Below, piece by piece: positions 36,942 through 47,382 of a stretch of 56,003 bases of DNA. The position numbers and the translations under genes are program-made. The stretch spans positions 1 to 56,003 of IMG/VR virus record IMGVR_UViG_3300020179_000039; one strand, given 5' to 3'. Below the pieces are notes generated by a model. It was not told where the DNA came from and did not search any database. It saw only the letters and a list, made by a program, of their open reading frames with translations. The stretch is from a virus (Duplodnaviria > Caudoviricetes). Positions within the stretch are counted from its first letter, which is position 1. The number at the start of each line of letters is the position of its first letter.

Positions 36942-37502
36942 ATGTATTCAACACCAGTATCTGATGAGAAACCAGCTTATGCTAAACCAGATTCAGAAGT
37001 AAGAATCGAAAAAACAAAAGCAATTAAAGATTTTTGGAAGGAATCTCTAGTTGCTACAACATTCAAAGACATGTATGTTGTACCTAAAGTTTTATATAAA
37101 CCTTCCGGCAAAAATTATCAAGTAATTAGTTGCTATGGAACCGAGCTATCAAAAGGTGATATGCTTGTCGAGTACGTTAATTTTCAATATGATGTAATCG
37201 AAGAAGATAGGTGTTTATACTTATTAAAGTATAACCCAAACTTCGAAAGTGATTATGAAGATCGCGGAAATGGAAGCTTCACCATTAAAGCGGAACATTT
37301 ACAAAAAGTTATTAGTTACAACGATGTACGTAAAGCATCTTCTGAAAAGACAGAAGCTGAAGTAGCAACTTTTTTAGAGCATGGAGAAGAGGAAGATGCA
37401 AACTTTAACAAACTAACAGTTCGTGATTTGTATGCTATCATTCAAAACAAACCAGTCTCTAACAAACCTTGGTTGAACAAGGTCATTTTGAAAAACAAAT
37501 AA
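36942..37502 (+). CDS. hypothetical replication-module protein
   Basis: 186 aa, ends LTVRDLYAI..KPVSNKPWLN. Confidence 0.7.
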   Translation: MYSTPVSDEKPAYAKPDSEVRIEKTKAIKDFWKESLVATTFKDMYVVPKVLYKPSGKNYQVISCYGTELSKGDMLVEYVNFQYDVIEEDRCLYLLKYNPNFESDYEDRGNGSFTIKAEHLQKVISYNDVRKASSEKTEAEVATFLEHGEEEDANFNKLTVRDLYAIIQNKPVSNKPWLNKVILKNK

Positions 37503-37503
37503 T

Positions 37504-38289
37504 ATGGCAGTAACGACAGAAGCAAAACGACCAGCTGCTGTGTCAGCACCGGGAATAGTACTCCCGACAAAGAAGGCACCAGCACTAACTAAAAGTCCCA
37601 AGACTATGGTGATTTTTAGTAAACCAAAAGTTGGTAAGACCAGTCTACTTGCAGGATTAGAAAATTGTCTCATTCTTGACTTAGAGAATGGAACAGACTA
37701 CTTAGAAGCAATGAAGCTTAAAGTAAATTCTGCACAAGACATCAAACCAATTGTATCTGCAATTATTGAAGCGGGTAAACCGTATAAATACATTGCAATT
37801 GACACAATCACAGCATTAGAAGACATGTGTATTCCTGTTGCTGAAAGATTGTACAGTGATTCACCTATGGGTAAAAACTGGTTTACAGAAGGTAAACCAA
37901 AGTATGGTTCAATTTTGAATCTTCCTAATGGTGCAGGATATCCCTGGTTGCGTGAAGCATTTACCAGAGCTATCGATTTAATCCGTCACGCTGCGGATAA
38001 TATTATTCTAGTAGGTCATATTAAAGACACGCTACTAGAAAAAAATGGTTCAGAGTTTTCAGCTTTGGATCTTGATTTGACAGGTAAACTAAAACGTATT
38101 ACTACATCTAATGCTGATGCTATTGGTTATCTGTATCGTAAAGGAGATAAGAACTTTTTAAGTTTTAAAACAACAGACGAAATAAGTTGTGGTGCAAGAC
38201 CAGAACATCTTCGTAATAAAGAGTTTGTAATCTCAGAAGTAGTAGAAGGTGAGGTAGTCACTCACTGGAATGAAGTTTATATTGACTAA
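37504..38289 (+). CDS. AAA_24/Sak4-like ATPase
   Basis: SKPKVGKT, ILDLENG, IAIDTIT, ILVGH, ADAIGY. Confidence 0.8.
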   Translation: MAVTTEAKRPAAVSAPGIVLPTKKAPALTKSPKTMVIFSKPKVGKTSLLAGLENCLILDLENGTDYLEAMKLKVNSAQDIKPIVSAIIEAGKPYKYIAIDTITALEDMCIPVAERLYSDSPMGKNWFTEGKPKYGSILNLPNGAGYPWLREAFTRAIDLIRHAADNIILVGHIKDTLLEKNGSEFSALDLDLTGKLKRITTSNADAIGYLYRKGDKNFLSFKTTDEISCGARPEHLRNKEFVISEVVEGEVVTHWNEVYID

Positions 38290-38316
38290 AAACTAACAAT
38301 TTAAATAATAAAAACC

Positions 38317-39057
38317 ATGAATTTTAGAATTGATGACTTTGACGTAAACAAAGACTTAAACCAATCAGGTGGAAACAGTAACTCACCGCTTCTTGAACCG
38401 GGAACACATCAAGTTCGTCTGGTAGACATGTATCTCAAAACCCCTGGTTATGATGTAAAGAAGGAAAAGTATGAACTAGTTCTTGTACTAGAAGGTCCTA
38501 ACATGGGTCCCGATTTCAAAGGTTGGTTAAAAGATCCAATGAATCCAACTCGTGGTAGCTTTGAAGGTAAAAGTGCAAATGTTAAGCATGACTTCTGGGC
38601 ATTTAGTACATACACTAATAAGCGTGGTGAAACTGTAGATCGTGACCAACAGATTTTTCGTTGGGTAAACTCTTTTGCTTTTTACATTGGTAAAATGGAA
38701 GCACTACGTGCAGCAAATATTGATGAAGCTACAATTGAGGACTACGTTGCTGCTGCTAAAAATGTACTATCTGATCAAAATTATTGGTTTTATACAACTA
38801 TTGCTGGTCAGCAATACAAGAACAAAAATGGTTATGATGCTTACACATTGTTTTTCCCAAAACCTACAAAGCTTCAGCAACCTTATGCGTATTCACCTGA
38901 TGGTGATATGCCAAGTAACATTCTTGCATTTAATCCTGAAGAACATATTACAGTTAAAAAAGAGCGTGAAGCAGAATCATTATCTGATGGTTTTAGCGTA
39001 AATGGCGCAGGTGGTTATGCACCTGTTAATAACGGGTTCAACGACTTGTCACTTTAA
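38317..39057 (+). CDS. putative single-stranded DNA-binding protein
   Basis: Follows Sak4-like ATPase; LEPGTHQV beta-rich start, flexible acidic/aromatic tail GFNDLSL. Confidence 0.5.
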   Translation: MNFRIDDFDVNKDLNQSGGNSNSPLLEPGTHQVRLVDMYLKTPGYDVKKEKYELVLVLEGPNMGPDFKGWLKDPMNPTRGSFEGKSANVKHDFWAFSTYTNKRGETVDRDQQIFRWVNSFAFYIGKMEALRAANIDEATIEDYVAAAKNVLSDQNYWFYTTIAGQQYKNKNGYDAYTLFFPKPTKLQQPYAYSPDGDMPSNILAFNPEEHITVKKEREAESLSDGFSVNGAGGYAPVNNGFNDLSL

Positions 39058-39082
39058 TTTTTAACTAAATAAGAATGTAATT

Positions 39083-39114
39083 GGGGTGCGGGTAATACTG
39101 CACCCCTTTACTTT
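39083..39114 (+). terminator. intrinsic terminator
   Basis: GGGGTGCGG-GTAATA-CTGCACCCC-TTTACTTT. Confidence 0.7.
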
Positions 39115-39122
39115 ACAATTGT

Positions 39123-40133
39123 ATGTTCAGGGTTCGAGATTATGTTCACGATTTTACAGAAGTACCTTCCACTTGGATTTTTGAGTACTATCTCAGTCTA
39201 TCTCAACCGCTGCACGGACAAACCGTCTTAATACGCAGTGTGTTTAACAGTAAGGACCAAAACCCTTCGCTGTCTATTTATTATAATCGTCACCTCCAAC
39301 AGTACAGGTTCAAATGTTTTTCGACAGGTATTGGGGGTTCAGCGATTGACCTCATGCAACACTTATGGAAGATTGATTTTCATGCTGCAACTAAGAAAAT
39401 TATTGATGATTATGTCGAGTTTCTTAATAGCGGTAAGACTTTTAATCGCGCTATTTATGAAGGTGCTACCTGGAGAGTCAAAGATTACACACCTCGAATC
39501 TGGAATACAAATGATGCAAAATACTGGACAGCATATAATATTGACAGCAATCTTTTAGAACATTACAATGTGGTTCCTTTGGACAACTATGTAATGTATC
39601 GTAAAAAAGGTTCTGAGTGTCAAGATGATGAGTCCTTTATAACTAAAGGTGAACATATGTATGGGTTTTTTAATAAGGACGGTAAACTATACAAAATTTA
39701 TCGACCCTTAGATAAAGAACGTAAATTCTTAAAGGTTGGAAACTATTTACAAGGTTCAGATCAACTACAAATGTTAGACTACCTTGTAATAGTTTCTTCC
39801 CTTAAGGATATAATGTGCATGCGTTCATTAGGATTTAGAATAGATTTTATAGCTCCAGACAGTGAAAACTCTACGTTATCAAGAGAACAAATAGATGAAT
39901 TTAAAGCTAATTATAAAGCTGTAATTACTCTTTTTGATAATGATGACGCCGGTATTAAAAACATGAAAAAGTATGAAGAACTCTACAATCTTCCTTTTGT
40001 GTATTTACCAATGAGTAAAGATGTAAGTGACTCTGTTAAGCAATACGGTAAAGACAATGTCTTACGTGAGCTTGCACCCAAGTTGCAAAGAGCAATAGAG
40101 AAATATGAAGAATATCATCCTGAAAATACGTGA
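39123..40133 (+). CDS. DnaG-like primase
   Basis: Degenerate Zn domain (SVFN..D.NPS..FKCFSTG), Toprim SSLKD, LFDNDDAG, KDVSD. Confidence 0.82.
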   Translation: MFRVRDYVHDFTEVPSTWIFEYYLSLSQPLHGQTVLIRSVFNSKDQNPSLSIYYNRHLQQYRFKCFSTGIGGSAIDLMQHLWKIDFHAATKKIIDDYVEFLNSGKTFNRAIYEGATWRVKDYTPRIWNTNDAKYWTAYNIDSNLLEHYNVVPLDNYVMYRKKGSECQDDESFITKGEHMYGFFNKDGKLYKIYRPLDKERKFLKVGNYLQGSDQLQMLDYLVIVSSLKDIMCMRSLGFRIDFIAPDSENSTLSREQIDEFKANYKAVITLFDNDDAGIKNMKKYEELYNLPFVYLPMSKDVSDSVKQYGKDNVLRELAPKLQRAIEKYEEYHPENT

Positions 40134-40173
40134 GTTCTAAAAAATAGGTTAATTTTGTAGAAATCCGTATCCT

Positions 40174-40605
40174 ATGTTGATATTTATACCCGGTGCTGTA
40201 CCCTCGTCCAAAAACAGCAGAATTCGTACAAAATCAGGATTGTTCATTGCTTCTAAAGCAACTCAAACCTGGAGGAAAAACACTATGCAATACTGGAGTT
40301 TTTACAGAAAAGCTTTTGTAGAGCAATGTATAGGAAAATCCCAACCCTTTTTTGTAGGATTCCATTTTGTACGGGGTACTAAGCATCGATGGGACTTTAT
40401 TAATCCATGTCAAACAATCCAAGATGAGATGACTCATCACGGGTGGTTAGCGGATGACTCTGTTGAAGAGATGCTACCACTACCCCTTATGGTAGATGGT
40501 AGTTACTGGTCTTATGACAAGAACCATGCAGGTGTATATATAAAAGTATTGTCTACACCTGAAGAAGCAAATTTTAATTTTTCAAAGACCTCAGTCCATG
40601 TATAA
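40174..40605 (+). CDS. RusA-like Holliday junction resolvase (tentative)
   Basis: VPSSKNS, WDFIN..Q.IQD.M...GWLADDS. Confidence 0.6.
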   Translation: MLIFIPGAVPSSKNSRIRTKSGLFIASKATQTWRKNTMQYWSFYRKAFVEQCIGKSQPFFVGFHFVRGTKHRWDFINPCQTIQDEMTHHGWLADDSVEEMLPLPLMVDGSYWSYDKNHAGVYIKVLSTPEEANFNFSKTSVHV

Positions 40606-41638
40606 ATTTAATTCAGATGCAATCGACGCTGGAACAAGGTTAAGATTAGAAGAAGAGTTTTTCTCTAATCGTTTTACCCTTTCTTATAGCGGTCTTAATA
40701 GATTGCTTTATTCACCACAGCTGTTTTACAATGACTATGTGCTTAAAGGTAAGCAAGAGTCAATTGACAAATATCTGGTAGAAGGTAAACTAATACATTG
40801 TTTATTACTTACTCCCAGTGAATTTGACAAACAATTTGCTATTACACCAAAAGATCTTCCTTCAGATAGCGCAAAAGCACTTTTGCATGCGTTATTTAAC
40901 CATCACACAGAGCTGTCTCAAACAGAAGAATATGATGGTAGAACACAACTGGAAGAATATGGAAATGCAATACTTGATATTTTAGTCGATATGAATCTAC
41001 ACCAGTCTCTTAAAACAGACGCCCAAAGGTTAGAAAAAATCATTATTGATAAAAACATTGAGTATTGGAACTATCTCTTAAATGCAGATGGTCGAAGTAT
41101 TATTGATGACAATCAATTAGACTTTGCTAAACAAGTAGTTGAAACTATTAAAGCAAAATCTAAAATTAATAAGTTAATGGGTTTATCAGTAGATCCTTTT
41201 GATAAAGTTCAAGTTTTAAATGAGTTTTATGTTCACCTTCCGGCTGAGCATTTACCATTTGATCTTAAAGGTTTTATCGACAATCTTGTGATTGATCATA
41301 ATGCTAAAGTAATTCGTATAAACGATTTGAAGAAGTCTTCAAAAGACATACAAAACTTTAAAGACTCAATTGATTATTACCGATATGATCTCCAAGCAGC
41401 AATGTATTATACCTTGATCACTAATACACTAGCTAAAGAATATGGGTATGATGTAGAGTTTCGATTTATTGTAGTAGACTCTTTGATGCAAGTAGCTCCA
41501 TATAAGGTTTCTTACAAAACTATGTTTGAATGGGTCAATAATCTCAACACTAAATTGGAAGAAGCATCTTACCATTTTAACAATAGAGATTTTGACTTAC
41601 CCTACATTTTTGCAGTAAACCACGAAGTAGAGCTATGA
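40598..41638 (+). CDS. PD-(D/E)XK exonuclease (RecE/exo VIII-like)
   Basis: LSYSGL, GKLIHC, LKGFIDNL..INDLKK, YRYDLQAAMY. Confidence 0.8.
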   Translation: MYKFNSDAIDAGTRLRLEEEFFSNRFTLSYSGLNRLLYSPQLFYNDYVLKGKQESIDKYLVEGKLIHCLLLTPSEFDKQFAITPKDLPSDSAKALLHALFNHHTELSQTEEYDGRTQLEEYGNAILDILVDMNLHQSLKTDAQRLEKIIIDKNIEYWNYLLNADGRSIIDDNQLDFAKQVVETIKAKSKINKLMGLSVDPFDKVQVLNEFYVHLPAEHLPFDLKGFIDNLVIDHNAKVIRINDLKKSSKDIQNFKDSIDYYRYDLQAAMYYTLITNTLAKEYGYDVEFRFIVVDSLMQVAPYKVSYKTMFEWVNNLNTKLEEASYHFNNRDFDLPYIFAVNHEVEL

Positions 41639-42204
41639 TTCAAGATCTTTATAAAACGTATTTTCAAAAATCCAAGGTATTTCTCTATCCTCTTATAGGG
41701 ATAAGCAGAAAGGCAGCTTACCGTCCCAGCAATACTTATATTGCCTGGGATGGTAAGTTTAAACCTGAAGACTGCAAGCTTATTGCAGTTTACAAGGTTG
41801 ATGATTCTGATGAGTGGAAACAGTTTCATTTAAATATTCTTTTGAAAAATAGAATGTTTAATTCCTTTTACACTTCAAAAGACTTGACCGAAAATATATA
41901 TGTCTTTGACCTGTTTTATCACAAAGCAGATTACAAGAATATATTAAAAGGTCAATATTCAAAAGTCCAATCGCATCCTAGAGGATTAATACTTAATCAC
42001 TTTGGACATAATACTCCAGAATGGGCATATGTTGAAAGCTTTTTAATACCAAAAAAGCACTTTAAAAGATATGCTGAAATGCTGGGTGTAGACGAAGAAG
42101 ATCTCCAATATGTAGGTGAATTATGTTCCCCACCAGATCTTGATAAAGAAACTTTATCTCTTGAGACAGTTGATTATTTTGGAGAACTTGTAAAAGAAAT
42201 TTAA
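41635..42204 (+). CDS. hypothetical protein
   Basis: 189 aa, ATGA-coupled. Confidence 0.7.
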   Translation: MIQDLYKTYFQKSKVFLYPLIGISRKAAYRPSNTYIAWDGKFKPEDCKLIAVYKVDDSDEWKQFHLNILLKNRMFNSFYTSKDLTENIYVFDLFYHKADYKNILKGQYSKVQSHPRGLILNHFGHNTPEWAYVESFLIPKKHFKRYAEMLGVDEEDLQYVGELCSPPDLDKETLSLETVDYFGELVKEI

Positions 42205-42233
42205 ATTTGTAGAACTTGTAAAAAACCAATGTC

Positions 42234-42596
42234 ATGGCAGAAAAATCAATGCTTGTAACAACTATGGAATGGAACGGTGTACCGACATTCCGAATGATTC
42301 CTATTAACATCGACTGTCCTTATGTTGATGTAATCTTTGATCCACGTGAAAAAACACTTGCTGTTATCAGTTCAAGTGTAAAAGAAAAACCGCAAATGCT
42401 ACCTAAGTTGAATGATAAGGGTCAGCTAATTCAGGTGCGTGGTACTGATTATGCTCAAGAGCGTCGTATCATGGAAGCATATTACGAGTACTATATCCAA
42501 GACTTATCGGATATTCAAACTTTTGTAAACCACTTTGCAGTAAACCCCGATAATCCTGTTATTAAAACAGCAATCGAAACAGATTATAATAAGTGA
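42234..42596 (+). CDS. hypothetical protein
   Basis: 120 aa; TAAATTTGTAGAAC upstream. Confidence 0.7.
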   Translation: MAEKSMLVTTMEWNGVPTFRMIPINIDCPYVDVIFDPREKTLAVISSSVKEKPQMLPKLNDKGQLIQVRGTDYAQERRIMEAYYEYYIQDLSDIQTFVNHFAVNPDNPVIKTAIETDYNK

Positions 42597-42620
42597 TTAC
42601 AATAGTTTTATCCCGCGTCT

Positions 42621-44588
42621 ATGAATCGTACATTTTGGATAATGGATTATGAGACAATTACTAATTGTTTCATAGCAGTTTTTGAAGCGTATGACCGGGA
42701 TGAACGTAAAGTATTTGTAATCAACCGTGAAAGAAATGACGCAGCAGCATTTATAAAATTTTTAGATGAATGTATTGTAAGCGACAGCTGGCACTTTGGT
42801 TACAATAATATTGCTTTTGACGCCCAGATTACGCAATATATCCTAGTTAACCGTGAAGCTATACTGAAAGGTACAAGTGATGAAGTCACTATGCTAATTT
42901 CTCAGTATGCAGGAGTGGTTATTAATAAGTCTAGGAACAACGAATTCCACGATTTTAGAGAGGAAGACTTTTCTATCAAAGTGATTGACATATTTAAGCT
43001 CAATCACTGGGATAATCCTGCAAAGAGATCTAGCTTAAAGTGGATACAATACTCATTAGACTGGAAAAATGTCCAGGAAATGCCACATAAGCATACAGAA
43101 CCGGTATTAACAAATAAAATACTGGACAATGTTGTGAGTTATTGTATTAATGATGTTGCTTCTACAAAAAACATATTTCATTACAAAGATGAGAATGGTG
43201 TAGAAGTAATGAAAGAACAAATCCGTTTACGATCTGAGCTTAGTAAGCAGTATGGTATTAATCTATACAGTGCTTCAGAGCCTAGAATCAGTAAAGAAAT
43301 GTTCTTACACTTCTTAAGTGAACGTCTTGGTCAGGAAAAACGAACTATCAGAGGTTACAGAACTAGCAGAGATAAAATTAAAATCAGCGATATACTGCTT
43401 CCATACATTGAATTCCATACCCCGGAATTTAAAGCTATGTTTAATTGGTTTAAAAACCTAACAGTAGATATCAGAGAAGATAACAGCTCTGACACAGAAA
43501 GTAAAGGTCCAAAATATACAATGCACTACAAACAAGTAGAAACAGTATATGGTCTCGGCGGATTACACGGTTGTGCTAAATCCGGTATATACGAGGCAAC
43601 AGACGATATGATTCTTGTGACAGCAGATGTTACTTCATTTTATCCTAATCTAGCTATACGCAATAAATGGAGTCCAGCTCATATAAAGAACGACGTGTTC
43701 TGTGAATTATATGAGTGGTTCTTTGAAGAGCGTAAAAAGTATCCTAAAGGTTCTACCCTAAATTATCTTTTTAAGATTATTCTAAACTCCACATATGGTT
43801 TGAGTAAGAATGTTTATTCTTTCTTGTATGACCCCATGTTTACATTTAGAATTACCATCAACGGACAGCTTTTACTGAGTATGTTGTATGAAATGGTTAT
43901 TACTAAAATTCCTAATTCTGTTGCTATTATGCAAAATACAGATGGTTGTGAATTTTTAATACCCAAAGAATATAAAGCAATGTTTGAGCAGATATGCAAA
44001 GATTGGGAAGTAATGACTAATCTTGAATTGGAAGTAGATGAGTACAGAAAGATGATTATATCAGATGTAAACAATTACATCGCGATGTATAAAAAAGAGG
44101 GTAAAGAACCAAAATGTAAAGGTCGTTTTGAGTTTTCTAATCTAGCACTGCACAAAAACAAATCTTATCAGGTAGTACCTAAAGCATTATATGCATATTT
44201 TGTTAAAGGTATAGACCCTAAAGATTATTTAGTATCTAATAAGAATATTTATGATTACTGTGCAGGTGCAAAAATTAAAGGTGACTGGCACTTCGTGGAA
44301 CGAAAAGTCATTGACGGATGCTACATTGAAAATAATTTACAAAATCTTGTAAGATATTACATCAGCAAGCATGGTGTAAAGATTATTAAATGCAGCTCTG
44401 ACGGTAGAGAAATACAATTAGAAAGTGGTAAATGGATGCAATCCATTTTCAATGTATTTGAAGAAAAAGAATGGAATACTTATGATATAGATGAGTCTTT
44501 CTATCTTGACAAAATCTATCGTGAAATAGCAAAAATTGAGGAGTCTAATCCTCTAGTAAATTCTAACAAGCAACTTAGTTTATTTTAA
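42621..44588 (+). CDS. family B DNA polymerase
   Basis: Exo DYE, GYNN..FD, YCINDV; Pol ADVTSFYP, KIILNSTYG, NTDG, DVNNY, KGRF; ends QLSLF. Confidence 0.92.
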   Translation: MNRTFWIMDYETITNCFIAVFEAYDRDERKVFVINRERNDAAAFIKFLDECIVSDSWHFGYNNIAFDAQITQYILVNREAILKGTSDEVTMLISQYAGVVINKSRNNEFHDFREEDFSIKVIDIFKLNHWDNPAKRSSLKWIQYSLDWKNVQEMPHKHTEPVLTNKILDNVVSYCINDVASTKNIFHYKDENGVEVMKEQIRLRSELSKQYGINLYSASEPRISKEMFLHFLSERLGQEKRTIRGYRTSRDKIKISDILLPYIEFHTPEFKAMFNWFKNLTVDIREDNSSDTESKGPKYTMHYKQVETVYGLGGLHGCAKSGIYEATDDMILVTADVTSFYPNLAIRNKWSPAHIKNDVFCELYEWFFEERKKYPKGSTLNYLFKIILNSTYGLSKNVYSFLYDPMFTFRITINGQLLLSMLYEMVITKIPNSVAIMQNTDGCEFLIPKEYKAMFEQICKDWEVMTNLELEVDEYRKMIISDVNNYIAMYKKEGKEPKCKGRFEFSNLALHKNKSYQVVPKALYAYFVKGIDPKDYLVSNKNIYDYCAGAKIKGDWHFVERKVIDGCYIENNLQNLVRYYISKHGVKIIKCSSDGREIQLESGKWMQSIFNVFEEKEWNTYDIDESFYLDKIYREIAKIEESNPLVNSNKQLSLF

Positions 44589-44589
44589 T

Positions 44590-45438
44590 ATGAAAAGAAC
44601 CGTAAACGGATTCGATGCATATAATCGAATCATTACAGCAGAACAACCGGCGCGTACAGATAGTTACACGCCCATTATGCACTCAAATGTAATTAGTCAG
44701 GTCCGGAAAGAAATTGGTAAAGCCGGATTTATTATTACTGCGGAAGACTACCGCAGCACCAATAACGGACAAGTCGCTATTGGTAACTACAGGATTAACT
44801 ATAAGTCTGATCCTGATATTGAACTTACTGCTTCATTTATGAACTCTTACAACAAGCAGTTTGCTTTCCGTTTCACCATTGGTGCTATGGTAAGAGTTTG
44901 CTTAAACGGAATGTTTGTAAGCGACGGTAAGTTTGGTTTCTTTAAACGTGTCCATAAAGGAGACGCTGACATTCTATCTGGTAGTGTGATTAGTGACTAC
45001 TTGAAAAATGCTGATGATTACTGGGGTACTTTAGTTCAAGCAAAAGATGAGTTAAAAGATAAGACTTTGAATAAAGCTGATAAGTATAACTTATTAGGTC
45101 AATTATTCTTTGACGATAAGCTTTTGACAACTCTTCAAATGAATATTGTTCGTAAAGAGATGGAAAAACCATCTTTTGAGTACGGTGTTCATGATGATAC
45201 AGCTTGGGCTTTATACAATCACATAACATTAGCTCTTAAAGAGTCTCATCCAGCTAATTGGATGGATGACCACTATGCAATTCACGATCGTTTTGCAGAG
45301 TATTTAGACTTAAGCAGTCATCGTACAAAGTATATGCATGAGCTTAGTACTGTTGGTGAAACAGAATTAGCTTTTGCCGATACAGATAGATCAGTTATTG
45401 AAATACCAGTTGAAGATTCAACTACTATTTTATTGTAA
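44590..45438 (+). CDS. DUF932-like protein
   Basis: YTPIMH, NSYNK..F..GA.VRVCLNGM, HKG, WALYNHIT.ALK. Confidence 0.7.
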   Translation: MKRTVNGFDAYNRIITAEQPARTDSYTPIMHSNVISQVRKEIGKAGFIITAEDYRSTNNGQVAIGNYRINYKSDPDIELTASFMNSYNKQFAFRFTIGAMVRVCLNGMFVSDGKFGFFKRVHKGDADILSGSVISDYLKNADDYWGTLVQAKDELKDKTLNKADKYNLLGQLFFDDKLLTTLQMNIVRKEMEKPSFEYGVHDDTAWALYNHITLALKESHPANWMDDHYAIHDRFAEYLDLSSHRTKYMHELSTVGETELAFADTDRSVIEIPVEDSTTILL

Positions 45439-45448
45439 ATAATAATTA

Positions 45449-45480
45449 GAGGGGTCCTTGTGACCCCTCATTATTTTTTT
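45449..45480 (+). terminator. intrinsic terminator
   Basis: GAGGGGTC-CTTGT-GACCCCTC-ATTATTTTTTT. Confidence 0.75.
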
Positions 45481-45484
45481 AATC

Positions 45485-45646
45485 ATGAAAGATGTTATTA
45501 TAGAATCTATTCAATCGTTTTTTTCTAAAAAGAGAAAACACACTTCTTTTTATGTAGTTCGACGCTATTTGAGAATGAAATACAAAATTCAAATTTCAAA
45601 ATCTGCATTGTTATCACGATTTAAATCTTTATGTAAACATGAATAA
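45485..45646 (+). CDS. 53-aa basic protein (HTH-like)
   Basis: MKDVIIESIQSFFSKKRKHTSFYVVRRYLRMKYKIQISKSALLSRFKSLCKHE. Confidence 0.55.
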   Translation: MKDVIIESIQSFFSKKRKHTSFYVVRRYLRMKYKIQISKSALLSRFKSLCKHE

Positions 45647-46361
45647 ATCACCAAACCTTATTGGTATTTCTGGTAAAATTGGTACAGGTAAAGACACAGT
45701 TGCTACATTAATCAACATTATTTGTCGTTATCCTGATTTTTCTACATCAACAATAGAACATTTCTATACTAACAATAATAAGTTCATTGCAAAGATGTGG
45801 GAAATTAAAAAGTTTGCAGGTAAACTAAAGTCTATAGCATCTATACTTACAGGTATTCCTGAGTACAAATTTGAAGACCAAGAGTTTAAAAAAGCATTGC
45901 TAGGACCAGAATGGGGTTCAGTAAGTAAAGACACTCCTTTAAATACTATAGATCCTTTCAGAGATATTGAATTTAATAACTTAATGTCTATACGAGAGTT
46001 TTTACAAAAGCTTGGTACTGATGCTATGCGAAAAGGACTTCATGATAATACCTGGGTTAATGCTCTTTTTAATAGCTACAGTAGTTCTTCCAAATGGATT
46101 GTAACAGACGTAAGATTCCCTAACGAAGCTGTAGCAATTAAATCACGAGGAGGATTACTAATTAGAATGGTAAGAGACAATACTAAAGTAAAATCAGATC
46201 ATGCTTCGGAAACAAGTCTAGATAACTTTGAATTTGACATTTACCTAGTAAACGAAGGTGGTCTTGGAGAACTTGTTGAAAAAGTAAAAGATATTGTCAA
46301 ACTTTACAATTTAAATGTACCAGAGGATGAGTATCATTCTCATAATGAAGGTTTCTTTTAA
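45639..46361 (+). CDS. deoxynucleoside monophosphate kinase
   Basis: GISGKIGTGKDT, FAGKLK, REFLQKLGT, TDVRFPNE, HASE. Confidence 0.88.
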   Translation: MNKSPNLIGISGKIGTGKDTVATLINIICRYPDFSTSTIEHFYTNNNKFIAKMWEIKKFAGKLKSIASILTGIPEYKFEDQEFKKALLGPEWGSVSKDTPLNTIDPFRDIEFNNLMSIREFLQKLGTDAMRKGLHDNTWVNALFNSYSSSSKWIVTDVRFPNEAVAIKSRGGLLIRMVRDNTKVKSDHASETSLDNFEFDIYLVNEGGLGELVEKVKDIVKLYNLNVPEDEYHSHNEGFF

Positions 46362-46371
46362 GATTTAAACT

Positions 46372-46683
46372 ATGAAAAAACAAATCTACTACGTCATGGG
46401 TGGATTAAACCAGCATGATATAGAATACGTAATTGAGGTCCCTTATGATGAAGATGTTGTCATCATGAAATATTCTGATTCAACTAACTGGGCAGAGCAT
46501 GTACGTAATACTAAAGTGTTAGAAGCTCTAAATTCAGGTGATGGTTATAAAATCAATTGGAAAAATAAACCCGGTAAAGTTTTAGATTATGCACAGACAG
46601 CAGAGCTTACAATACTACTTAACTTTTTAGATAAGTATGATGGTAAACCCTTAAACTATACTTTTTTAAAAGCTGCAGAATAA
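46372..46683 (+). CDS. hypothetical protein
   Basis: 103-aa ORF. Confidence 0.65.
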   Translation: MKKQIYYVMGGLNQHDIEYVIEVPYDEDVVIMKYSDSTNWAEHVRNTKVLEALNSGDGYKINWKNKPGKVLDYAQTAELTILLNFLDKYDGKPLNYTFLKAAE

Positions 46684-46714
46684 AAAAACCCCTCGATAAT
46701 GAGGGGTTTTCTTT
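46682..46714. terminator. bidirectional terminator between convergent genes
   Basis: AAAAAAACCCCTC-GATAAT-GAGGGGTTTTCTTT. Confidence 0.8.
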
Positions 46715-46731
46715 ATATACTAGTCGCTAAC

Positions 46732-47382
46732 TTAAAGAGATTTAAGCATCTCAATAAGTTTAGGATGAGGGTAAACATCCACTTTATCTTTTCTAACAGA
46801 GTTATGTGTAAAAACACCTGCATCACCTTTTAAAGCTCGCGGTGTAATATCCCAGATATCATCTTTATAGTCAATAGGAATACCGTATTTTTCTTTCCAC
46901 AACAAAAGCAACTCCTTAGTAGACTCAATTTGTGCATCTGTGTAATTGTGAAAATACTTATAACCTTTGAAAGGTTTATCAAGCTGACACACCTGATCAG
47001 CAGGTACTTCTTTATTAACGTAGTTGTAATACTTACCGTCTTTAAGAGTAAGCTGACCCCAGTTACAAATCTCAATACCTATAGAAATCTTATCCAGACT
47101 CTGATAAGGTACTTTATGTTTTGTAAAAATATCTTGCTTGAGACCTAAATGATAAGCCCAAAACTTTGATGAAAATCCTTGTACAATCTGTCCATCTACA
47201 GATAACTTTCCAGGTCCTGATATAGATACACATGTTGCAATTCTTTCAGTGTTTGCAGCCCATCCTTTAAACACAGCTTCACCGCTTGAGTTACCAGCAG
47301 TATGGTGAAGATAAATTTGCTTTTTAGGAAATACATCCTGCATGTATTGACTTGCAGGAAATTCTATCTGCTTGATGTTCAT
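46732..47382 (-). CDS. endolysin, N-acetylmuramoyl-L-alanine amidase (Amidase_2)
   Basis: IYLHHTAG, WAYHLG, SIGIEIC, YTDAQ, THNSVRKDKVD.YP. Confidence 0.88.
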   Translation of the reverse strand: MNIKQIEFPASQYMQDVFPKKQIYLHHTAGNSSGEAVFKGWAANTERIATCVSISGPGKLSVDGQIVQGFSSKFWAYHLGLKQDIFTKHKVPYQSLDKISIGIEICNWGQLTLKDGKYYNYVNKEVPADQVCQLDKPFKGYKYFHNYTDAQIESTKELLLLWKEKYGIPIDYKDDIWDITPRALKGDAGVFTHNSVRKDKVDVYPHPKLIEMLKSL

